The notes under the pieces are model-generated. The model worked only from the letters and a program-made list of their open reading frames with translations. It made no database searches and was not told where the DNA came from. This document shows, in pieces, positions 8,781 through 16,670 of a stretch of 64,000 bases of DNA. A program made the position numbers and the translations under genes. The stretch comes from Candidatus Saccharimonadota bacterium (GTDB lineage: Bacteria; Patescibacteriota; Saccharimonadia; Saccharimonadales; Saccharimonadaceae). Where the stretch lies: the NCBI GenBank assembly GCA_017541245.1, contig JAFXZL010000002.1, positions 18,877-82,876 on the forward strand, in the 5' to 3' direction. The first letter of the stretch is position 1. The number at the start of each line of letters is the position of its first letter.

Positions 8781-8813
8781 GGTTATAGTATAGCATCTTG
8801 ATATAATAAATAC
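8781..8813. promoter_or_regulatory. 33-bp divergent promoter region, with both genes apparently leaderless
   Basis: The minus strand has TATACT (8787-8792) 6 nt from the gpmI ATG. The plus strand has TATAAT (8802-8807) 6 nt from ATG 8814. Neither side has an SD. Confidence 0.5.
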
Positions 8814-9665
8814 ATGAGCGTTAGAGATTATTATCTTGAGCATTTTAACGAGCTACCGCTAGAGAAGCAGAAACACTTCGCTACGCGCATGAAGTATTGG
8901 TTTAAAGACAAGAGCTTTGATGATTTTTTGAAAGCCAATGAGCCAAGCCACGACCTAGCCGCCGTGCTCGCAAATGATAATTATTCTGGCGTAAATAATC
9001 TTGAAGCACGCAAGCCATTCTTTGAAAAATACCAGGGTCTTTATGGCCTAGAGGCATGCCTTTTTCGCATTAATCGTCTACTGATAGAATACGACGTAGA
9101 TTTGCGTGAGGACTTTTTGAAGGAATATCCTCGCGAAAGACTGTATAAACTGTGCGACGACTTACTGCAGGATGATCAGGCTTTAGCGGCGCTATCCACT
9201 TACGCCGTGAATGTGATCTGCCTGACCGAAAATCTCTTCCCACGGGATAATGGAATCTATGAAACATTAACTCAACGCTACCTAAAAGCAGAACAGCGCA
9301 CAGAGTTTATTTATGCCTATACGCACATTATTTTGTGCATGTCGAACTTCTATACCAAGGAGGTACGCGGAAAAGATTGGGATTTGGCGCAGCAAATGTT
9401 AGCGAAATGCGAGCAGATGATTGAGGACCATTTTGACGAGATTACCATCGACACCAAGCTTGAATTCTTGGTTTGTTGCAGGATTAACAAAGGAATCTTC
9501 GACTACGAGCCAGTATATACCTATGCCAGCATCAATAAGGAATGCAAGGAATCACTAAAAGATTCCCCGTTTGTAGTCGATAAACGCAGACCAGAAAAAT
9601 ACAACACGCTATCTGGCGCGGAGCACCGTAACGTGTTGTATATTATGTCTGGATTGGATTATTGA
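8814..9665 (+). CDS. hypothetical protein
   Basis: Uninterrupted 283-aa ORF with native-like composition. No family recognised. Confidence 0.6.
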   Translation: MSVRDYYLEHFNELPLEKQKHFATRMKYWFKDKSFDDFLKANEPSHDLAAVLANDNYSGVNNLEARKPFFEKYQGLYGLEACLFRINRLLIEYDVDLREDFLKEYPRERLYKLCDDLLQDDQALAALSTYAVNVICLTENLFPRDNGIYETLTQRYLKAEQRTEFIYAYTHIILCMSNFYTKEVRGKDWDLAQQMLAKCEQMIEDHFDEITIDTKLEFLVCCRINKGIFDYEPVYTYASINKECKESLKDSPFVVDKRRPEKYNTLSGAEHRNVLYIMSGLDY

Positions 9666-10543
9666 CCATCGACTAGGAAGTAGTCGCGCAATACTTTGTA
9701 TTTTTCTTCGATGAAGGCGCCAGTTACAACCTGTGGCGTATGATTTACTTCTAGGATATAGTTTTTGCCGGTATCGCGATGAGTAATGACATCTACGCCA
9801 GCAAAGCGTTTGTTGGTAGCTTTTGCTGCAACACGGGACATCTCAAGAATTTCTGGGTTTACCTCCTCTAGTGGGATAATCTTTGCAGAGCCTCCAAGAG
9901 ACGTATTGTTGCGATGATCTTTGCCACCAGAAGAACGATAAATTGCCATATATGGCTCGAAGCCGAGCGTCACAATACGATAGTCGCCATCATTTGGAAT
10001 GAATTCCTGAAGAATGTACTCAATATCTGGATTTTCGTCGACAATCTTGGCAATTTCTTCTGGAGAATGGACGAGATAATTGTCTTGCCCCTTGGTGCCG
10101 CGGATAGACTTAAACACGCCGATACCACCAAAGTTTTCAACCAAACATTTGCCGAGGAATTCCTTTGTGCCATATGCGGTTTTTGGAACTACAACGTCAT
10201 GCTCCCAGCAGCGCCACATTTCGTAAAGCTTGCCGGACGCGTTAGCAAAAGTATCATCTGCCATGATTACACCTTTTTTGCGACAGTAACAGCCGTAGGC
10301 ATTAAAGATATGACGGCGTTCAAATGGCGCAGTCGTGATGCATAAAATCTTATCAAAATCCGCGAGGTCTTCGCCGGTTTTTTCGTTCTTAATGCAGGTG
10401 TTTTCGCCATCAATCAAAAGATTAATATCCGAGAAACAGCCTGTAGAGACCTGGATTTCACCAGTCTCTTCTGCGACGCGCTTGAGCTCCGCGATACTAT
10501 CTTCAATTTCAACCTTGCGGTTGATGATCAAAATCTTTTTCAT
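9659..10543 (-). CDS. ATP-grasp protein, RimK-like ligase family
   Basis: The C-terminal half (GVFKSIRGTKGQDNYLV...ILQEFIPNDGDYRIVTLG...GVDVITHRDTGKNYILEVNHTPQ) matches the ATP-grasp fold of RimK/glutathione-synthetase-like ligases. Confidence 0.75.
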   Translation of the reverse strand: MKKILIINRKVEIEDSIAELKRVAEETGEIQVSTGCFSDINLLIDGENTCIKNEKTGEDLADFDKILCITTAPFERRHIFNAYGCYCRKKGVIMADDTFANASGKLYEMWRCWEHDVVVPKTAYGTKEFLGKCLVENFGGIGVFKSIRGTKGQDNYLVHSPEEIAKIVDENPDIEYILQEFIPNDGDYRIVTLGFEPYMAIYRSSGGKDHRNNTSLGGSAKIIPLEEVNPEILEMSRVAAKATNKRFAGVDVITHRDTGKNYILEVNHTPQVVTGAFIEEKYKVLRDYFLVDGQ

Positions 10544-10547
10544 GGCC

Positions 10548-11714
10548 TTATTTTAAGATAGTTCCACCCCATTCGACAAGCGTAAAGCCTTTGCGCTCTG
10601 GTGTTGCTGGGAGTTTTTGCTCTTTAACGTTGATAGGGGTCTTTAGAGCCTTCCATTCCATGTTGATACGGATTGTCGTAGCTGGAGCTGGCGAAACATT
10701 AAGTGGCATATTCGCGTCGATTTCTGCCAAATCAGCAAAGTGAATGTAATTGTAGTTGTTGTCCTGCATCTGCGGTAACCAGAAGATGATAAACTCTTCA
10801 GCTTCACGTTCATTTAGGCCAAGCTTAGCAAGTTTATCCTCGAGGAATGCTGCCGTATCGGAGCCTTTTACGACAAAGCCCTCATCCTGAATACCCTTGG
10901 CGGTATTGTACTCTGTCTCATAATAGAGAGAGTATAGCTCTCTGCCCGTATTCAGATCCGTAAGCTTGCCGTCCGGACGAGCGAGGACATTCCAGCCATC
11001 AACGTATTTCGGATAGCTGACAGTAAGTTTCTCTTTTGCGCCTAGTTTTACAGAAACATTAGTCTCGGCCTCTGGGTAGAGGTAAATAACTGGTTTTTTC
11101 TCTACTTCGGAGTAATTCGTACCGCAGCCCTCATCGATAGTGTAGTCGATTTCGAATTCTTCCTCATCAATCGAAGAGTCGATTGGGATTAGCCAATATT
11201 CATAGTCATATTCATCCCACATCTGCCCGCAGCCACTATAACCCCTAATCGCAATTTTTGGATCGCTATTTTTTGGTATTTCTAGACCAACGGATCTAAT
11301 CAAGTCTTTTCCACCGTCAACATCTACGCGTACAAGAATGTATCTTTCGTCGGTGTCGCTAGATTCTAATGAATAACCCGTCTTTTTGATGTGCTTCTTT
11401 GCAGCTTCAATCATTGTCTGGTCATTGCCGAAATAGTACTCAATGTCGTCCCAGTGATTAATAACCGCATAGTCATCAAAAGCCCATTCGTAGGTATTGC
11501 TTTCTACGTCAAAGAAGTATTTTCCGTTTATTATGGTTGTTGGGGTCGGCACGTCTGGCCTGTCCGGCTCTTCTGGATCTTCTCCTTGGTAGCTCAAGAT
11601 ATTAAGCGCCACACCCGCTACTACTACGCCAAGCACAATTAGGCCAGCCATTAACGGGAAGAATGCTGAACTTTTTTGCTTTGGCTCTGCTTTTTTCGCC
11701 TCAGTTTTAGACAT
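10548..11714 (-). CDS. membrane-anchored exported protein, unknown function
   Basis: K-rich N-terminus, one TM helix (FFPLMAGLIVLGVVVAGVALNIL), then a 330-aa soluble domain. It lies 4 nt upstream of the ATP-grasp gene. Confidence 0.65.
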   Translation of the reverse strand: MSKTEAKKAEPKQKSSAFFPLMAGLIVLGVVVAGVALNILSYQGEDPEEPDRPDVPTPTTIINGKYFFDVESNTYEWAFDDYAVINHWDDIEYYFGNDQTMIEAAKKHIKKTGYSLESSDTDERYILVRVDVDGGKDLIRSVGLEIPKNSDPKIAIRGYSGCGQMWDEYDYEYWLIPIDSSIDEEEFEIDYTIDEGCGTNYSEVEKKPVIYLYPEAETNVSVKLGAKEKLTVSYPKYVDGWNVLARPDGKLTDLNTGRELYSLYYETEYNTAKGIQDEGFVVKGSDTAAFLEDKLAKLGLNEREAEEFIIFWLPQMQDNNYNYIHFADLAEIDANMPLNVSPAPATTIRINMEWKALKTPINVKEQKLPATPERKGFTLVEWGGTILK

Positions 11715-11763
11715 TAAATAAGCTCCTTATGTTCTATGTATCTATTATAGCATTAGCTTAATC

Positions 11764-11792
11764 TTGACTTTTTTCAATTTTTGTGCTATAAT
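11764..11792 (+). promoter_or_regulatory. sigma70-type promoter of tsaC
   Basis: TTGACT (11764-11769), a 17-nt spacer, then TGTGCTATAAT (-10 at 11787-11792). Confidence 0.65.
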
Positions 11793-11801
11793 GGAAGAGT
11801 T

Positions 11802-12392
11802 ATGAGGTATGTATCACAAGAGGACAAGCAAACTGCCATCAAAACCCTTCGCAAGGGTGGTATTTTGGGCGTCCCAACCGAGACCGTATACGGCCTAGCC
11901 GTAGCAGCAGATAATACCGAAGCTATCAAGAAACTTTTGAACGTAAAAAATCGTCATATCGATAGCGGTAAAATTCTTACAATGATGGTTGCGGATGTCG
12001 ACGAGATGAAGAAATACGTCGAAATGAACCGTATGGTCACAAATCTTGCTCGCCGCTACTTCCCTGGTGAATTAACATTGATTTTGAAACAGCGAGAAGA
12101 TTGGCGCCATCCATATTTTGACAACTTCCATACGGTCGGAATCCGTATCCCAAATCATGAATACATGCTAGATTTGCTCCGCGAAACTGGCCCATTGCTA
12201 GTCACAAGCGCAAACCCACGTGGCGAAGCGCCATGCCGCACTAGCCGCGAGCTAAACAAGCGCATGCCAAGTGTCGACCTTATTGTTAAGGGCGAATGCG
12301 GTGGCGACTTGCCATCAACCGTGATCGATGTCACAACTGACACTCCACGCTCGTTACGTCAGGGTGGCCTACTTATCGTACACTACGCATAA
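11802..12392 (+). CDS. tsaC: L-threonylcarbamoyladenylate synthase (YrdC/Sua5 domain)
   Basis: GGILGVPTETVYGLAV, and SANPRGE later in the protein. The ATG at 11802 lies downstream of the promoter, whereas the longest-ORF start would sit inside the -10 box. Confidence 0.85.
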   Translation: MRYVSQEDKQTAIKTLRKGGILGVPTETVYGLAVAADNTEAIKKLLNVKNRHIDSGKILTMMVADVDEMKKYVEMNRMVTNLARRYFPGELTLILKQREDWRHPYFDNFHTVGIRIPNHEYMLDLLRETGPLLVTSANPRGEAPCRTSRELNKRMPSVDLIVKGECGGDLPSTVIDVTTDTPRSLRQGGLLIVHYA

Positions 12393-12415
12393 AGCGATTA
12401 TTATTGAACGACAAG

Positions 12416-12438
12416 AAAACCGGATTTCTCCGGTTTTC
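12416..12438 (+). terminator. intrinsic terminator of tsaC
   Basis: AAAACCGGA-TTTC-TCCGGTTTT hairpin with the T-run at its 3' side. Confidence 0.65.
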
Positions 12439-12626
12439 TACGCTGTTACGCGCCCACCCTGGGGCACATTGGTTTGTTTTAATCCGCTGTTTATTTTTGT
12501 TTTCAGTCTCCACACTTTCCACATTTTCAGTGGAACCCCGTGAAGCGTACCAGCTTGAATATATTTAAACAAATTTAAGCTTAAGCGTCAAGAGGTCTGG
12601 GCAAAAATATGTTGTAATAATTACAT

Positions 12627-13799
12627 TTAAAATTCTTCGTCGAGGTCGAGGCCGTCGTCTTCGTCCTCGGAAGCATTGAGCTCGAGAATTGCGTTGCGCT
12701 CGCCGAGCTGATACTTCTGATGATGAGCACGATGTTTCTGCTCTTTTTGCTCAAGAGTAATAACTGGAATATCTTCTTCGGATGAGGCCTCGGACTCTTC
12801 TGTTTCTTCTGCCGCCTGAGTAGCCTCGATCATTAAGCGCAATTCGCGAAGTACTTCCTGTGTGCCCTGATGTGCGGATGCAGACATCGCCATAACTTTG
12901 GCGTCTGGGTTCTTTTCGAGAATGGCTGCCATTTGCATCTTTACGATGTCTTCATCTACGCCCTCTACCTTGGTAAGCACTACTAGCTCTGGGCGATTTG
13001 CAAGCTCGTCGGAATAATTGGCAAGTTCCTGGCGAATATCCGCGTAAGCTTTGCCGGCGTCGTCATTATATACATCGATGAGGTGGAGCAATACTTTGGT
13101 GCGTTCGACATGACGGAGGAAGCGGTCGCCAAGACCTTTGCCCTCGGATGCGCCCTCAATAAGACCCGGAATATCCGCAATAAGAATGCTCCTATCGTCA
13201 ACTTTTGCAACGCCAAGATTTGGAGTGATAGTCGTAAATGGATAATCTGCAATTTCTGGCGTAGCATTACTGACCACGGAAAGGAAAGTGGATTTGCCAG
13301 CGTTCGGGAAACCAACAAGGCCAACGTCCGCGAGAAGCTTTAGCTCTAGTTCTGCATCATAGGATTCGCCAGGGTTACCAAGCTCTGCAATGCGTGGAGT
13401 CTGACGCGTGCTAGAACGAAAATGCCAGTTGCCGTAGCCGCCGTCGCCACCATGAGCAACGATTGCGCGTTCTTCGTCATGCGTAAGGTCGGCAACAATT
13501 TCACCGTCGCGCTTGACGACCGTACCGATTGGAACTTCTACGATAAGATCTTTGCCGGATTTGCCAGAAGATTTTTGGCCGGAGCCAGCTTTGCCATCTT
13601 CGGCAATTAGTTTTGGCTGAAAGCGAAAATCGATTAAGGTGTCGCAGTCTTTGCTTGCGACAAAAACCACATCACCGCCCTTGCCGCCGTCGCCACCATC
13701 TGGGCCGCCTTTAGGGATGTAAATTTCGTGACGGAAAGAAATGGCGCCGTTGCCACCTTTACCCGCCTTAATAAAAACTTTCGCTGTATCTACAAACAT
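12627..13799 (-). CDS. obg: GTPase Obg/CgtA with an acidic C-terminal extension
   Basis: Obg-fold glycine repeats (GKGGNGAISF, GGPDGGDGGKGGDV). G1 is GFPNAGKST and G3 is DIPGLIEGA. The tail is acidic (EDEDDGLDLDEEF). Confidence 0.92.
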   Translation of the reverse strand: MFVDTAKVFIKAGKGGNGAISFRHEIYIPKGGPDGGDGGKGGDVVFVASKDCDTLIDFRFQPKLIAEDGKAGSGQKSSGKSGKDLIVEVPIGTVVKRDGEIVADLTHDEERAIVAHGGDGGYGNWHFRSSTRQTPRIAELGNPGESYDAELELKLLADVGLVGFPNAGKSTFLSVVSNATPEIADYPFTTITPNLGVAKVDDRSILIADIPGLIEGASEGKGLGDRFLRHVERTKVLLHLIDVYNDDAGKAYADIRQELANYSDELANRPELVVLTKVEGVDEDIVKMQMAAILEKNPDAKVMAMSASAHQGTQEVLRELRLMIEATQAAEETEESEASSEEDIPVITLEQKEQKHRAHHQKYQLGERNAILELNASEDEDDGLDLDEEF

Positions 13800-13849
13800 A
13801 TCAAAAATATTTTAACATATTTTGCATGCTAAGTAAAACGCTAGAAAGA

Positions 13850-15007
13850 CTATTTGTGAGCGTAAATATAGTTGTAGTTGAGGGCATCAGACCAGTTAAT
13901 TGTGGACTGGAATACGCGGTTGTAGCCCTGATAGTTCATTTCTTGAATCGTAATGTATTGGCCCTGAACAACACCAGTCACGATTGCGACGTGGCCATAG
14001 CGACCGCTCGTAGATTGCATAACTGCACCGTAGGCTGGAGTGCGACCAGTCCAATAAGAACCACCGAGCGATGATACCCAGCTACGAGCATTGCCGATAG
14101 CGCCAGTTGGGAGCCAGTATTCAGAACCCATGTTATTGCGGCGCCAATACCAAGCAAACCAAGTACAGTTACCAAAGGCGCCAGGGTTGTGTTGCCAAGA
14201 AGTGCTGCTATATACGCCGCGCCAGTAGCCATAGCTACCAACCTCAAAGCTACCATGACGATCCGCAATATCACGAACATAACTATAGGTATAGCTAGGC
14301 GTGTAAGTTGGGCGTGGGGTTGGAGCGACGTATTCTGGGCGCTCTTTTTCTGGCAGGGTACCATTAGGTAAAAGCAAAAGCTGATCAACAGCGATATCGC
14401 TATCTTCGAGGTCGTTATAGGAAATAATCTGGTCTTTTGGCGAACCCGTCTTTTCGGAGATTTTATCAAGCGTTTCGCCACTCTTCACTTTGTAGACGAT
14501 ACCTGCAACGCTTGGGATATAAAGCGTATTGCCAACCGTAACGGTTTCCTTCTTGAGGCCATTGGACCAGCGAAGTTGATCCTTCGTGAAGCCATAAGCC
14601 TTATAAGAATCATAAATACTCTGGAAGGTATCGCCGTCTACGACAGAGTGAGAAATAATGCCACGCTGTAGGCTGGAAGTATCAATAACTGTAGGTTTTT
14701 CTACGACGGAAGTGGAAGATGTACTGGTGGTGCCGGTAGTCTCATAGATATCATTAATGGTGACGTAGTTTTCGCTGATGGTCGAAGTAGACGGAAGCGA
14801 CAATGCACTTGCGATATTTGCCACCGTATAAGATTCTGATACCTGGTCGGCCGTAACAGTAAAATCTGTATTATCGAAGTTGGCTGCGATTGGGGTCTTT
14901 ACGGGATTGTCCGGCGTCTTTGAGCCAAAAAACATCAAACAAAAAGCTGCAGCAAAAATTAATACATATGGTGCAACTTGTTTGAATAAAATTTCGAATC
15001 TTTTCAT
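13850..15007 (-). CDS. secreted peptidoglycan hydrolase with two LysM domains and a C-terminal CHAP domain
   Basis: N-terminal TM/signal. LysM-like segments are HSVVDGDTFQSIYDSY...TLYIP and YKVKSGETLDKISEKTG...LLLP. The CHAP region has NCTWFAWYWRR...GHVAIVTGV. Confidence 0.8.
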   Translation of the reverse strand: MKRFEILFKQVAPYVLIFAAAFCLMFFGSKTPDNPVKTPIAANFDNTDFTVTADQVSESYTVANIASALSLPSTSTISENYVTINDIYETTGTTSTSSTSVVEKPTVIDTSSLQRGIISHSVVDGDTFQSIYDSYKAYGFTKDQLRWSNGLKKETVTVGNTLYIPSVAGIVYKVKSGETLDKISEKTGSPKDQIISYNDLEDSDIAVDQLLLLPNGTLPEKERPEYVAPTPRPTYTPSYTYSYVRDIADRHGSFEVGSYGYWRGVYSSTSWQHNPGAFGNCTWFAWYWRRNNMGSEYWLPTGAIGNARSWVSSLGGSYWTGRTPAYGAVMQSTSGRYGHVAIVTGVVQGQYITIQEMNYQGYNRVFQSTINWSDALNYNYIYAHK

Positions 15008-15121
15008 ATTTAAGTAACACTACTGCCCACTTGCAGCGTGGATTCCCCGGGAGCAAGATAATACTTATGCTTCCTAGAAGCCTTTCTTATTATACCATAG
15101 TGGGCTATTTATTGCATTTTT

Positions 15122-16213
15122 CTAAAGCTTCTTACAGAGGTCGCCACAATAATTGCGAATGTTTGCATTGTGCTCTGCTTCCGTGTGAGCATAGAACATC
15201 TTTAGATTACCATCGGTATCATAACCAGAGATGAAGTAGAGATAATCGCCCTCGGCTGGTTCCGCCGCAGCAATGAGCGCATTTTTGCCAGGATTGGAGA
15301 TTGGGGTTGGCGGTAAGCCTGCGCATTTACGCGAGTTCCATGGGCAAGGTATGGAGTTTAAGTAAGACATATCCGTCTTACTACGATTCGGATTAATCTG
15401 ATCGGCGCGATAAGCAATAATAGCGTCGGAACCAAGCACCATTCCCCTTTTTAGACGCAAGGAGAAGACCTGCGATACCTGCTTTTGATCCTGGAGCGAC
15501 ATGATTCCAGCCTCACTCTGAACAACCGATGCGAACGTGATGCCCTGATATAAAGTCCAGCCAGAAGCTTTATATTTTGCCTCAAGGTTGTTATCCTTAA
15601 TAATCTTATACATATGGTCAAAGACTTTTGTGAGGATATTTTCTACGGTTTCGCCTACGTAAAATTCATAAGTTTCGCCATAAATATAGCCTTCGAGCGA
15701 AGCATCGGCTGGCTTTCCGGCCAGGAGTGGATGATTATATGTTTTGCTGAATGCGGCTGTAATTTCTTCGTCTTTGTAACCCGCATTTTGCAAGCGTTCG
15801 CGTGCGGCCGCTAAAGTTCCGCCCGGCAAGAAAGTAATACGGAAAGTTTTCGCGACTACGCCTTCATTGAGGGATTTAATGATTGTCGCTACGTCCTCGC
15901 TACCAGTAAATTGATATTCGCCCGGCATTAGGGTCTGATTCTTTGCTTCTAGCTTGAGATATATTTTGAAAGCGAGCGCAGAATGAATTAGGCCATTCTT
16001 TTCTAGGTTGTCCGCGATTTGGTTTCCGCTAGAAGCCTCGGCGACAACAAAGTTTTGCTCCTTGCAATCCGTTTCACAAACGGCGGTTAATGCGTGCTTG
16101 TACCACAAAAATGCCCCACCAACAGCAATTACGGCAAGCAAAATCAGCGTAAGGGCAATCGAAAGAATAATCTTTCCAGCTTTGCCTTTTTTCTTGGTTG
16201 GATTATTCTCCAT
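15122..16213 (-). CDS. mltG: endolytic murein transglycosylase (YceG family)
   Basis: N-terminal TM anchor and a YceG-like domain. It sits immediately downstream of ruvX, which is conserved ruvX-mltG synteny. Confidence 0.85.
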   Translation of the reverse strand: MENNPTKKKGKAGKIILSIALTLILLAVIAVGGAFLWYKHALTAVCETDCKEQNFVVAEASSGNQIADNLEKNGLIHSALAFKIYLKLEAKNQTLMPGEYQFTGSEDVATIIKSLNEGVVAKTFRITFLPGGTLAAARERLQNAGYKDEEITAAFSKTYNHPLLAGKPADASLEGYIYGETYEFYVGETVENILTKVFDHMYKIIKDNNLEAKYKASGWTLYQGITFASVVQSEAGIMSLQDQKQVSQVFSLRLKRGMVLGSDAIIAYRADQINPNRSKTDMSYLNSIPCPWNSRKCAGLPPTPISNPGKNALIAAAEPAEGDYLYFISGYDTDGNLKMFYAHTEAEHNANIRNYCGDLCKKL

Positions 16214-16670
16214 TTTTGAGCTCCTCTTCTATTTTTGCTAGATTTGCGCCCTCCATAAAATCTTCAAGGATGATGGCGGCCGCTTCGGAATCGAGCTTAC
16301 CAGTAGCACGTTCTTTTGGATTAAATTCATGTGTGTTTGCAGTTAAATATTGTTCTGCTGCGACGGAAGTTAGCGTTTCGTCCTGAAATTTAATAAGCGG
16401 AACCTTTGGTTCATTTTCGAGAAAATAATTAGAAAGCGCCGCGATAAATTCTTGCACAACTTTGGTCTGCGCGGTTTCTTCGCCCTGGTTGTTCCTAGGC
16501 AAACCAGAAACAATCAGATCGGCTTTTTCTAGACGAAATTGCTTCGCAATGGCGGCGAATTCATTGCCGTCGACTGGAATCATTTCGCGCGGAATTGCAA
16601 TGCGCACGGAAGTATCCGCAAAGGCGACGCCAATGCGTTTGGTGCCCACATCTAGTGACAGGATGCGCAT
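16203..16670 (-). CDS. ruvX: Holliday-junction resolvase-like nuclease YqgF/RuvX
   Basis: MRILSLDVGTKRIGVAFAD N-terminus. The size of about 150 aa fits. Confidence 0.85.
   Translation of the reverse strand: MRILSLDVGTKRIGVAFADTSVRIAIPREMIPVDGNEFAAIAKQFRLEKADLIVSGLPRNNQGEETAQTKVVQEFIAALSNYFLENEPKVPLIKFQDETLTSVAAEQYLTANTHEFNPKERATGKLDSEAAAIILEDFMEGANLAKIEEELKNGE

Noticed and set aside
8781-8843. N-terminal extensions of longest ORFs (gpmI to 8843, ftsA to 24119, alaS to 26045, DUF2130 to 55445, ATPase to 58699)
   Set aside because: The extensions run through promoter elements or into divergent genes and add non-conserved residues ahead of canonical N-termini. Internal ATGs sit 6-9 nt after -10 boxes.
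13978-14481. 167-aa alternative-frame ORF inside the LysM-CHAP gene
   Set aside because: It is on the same strand, overlaps in another frame and has no independent start signals. The main frame carries the LysM and CHAP motifs.
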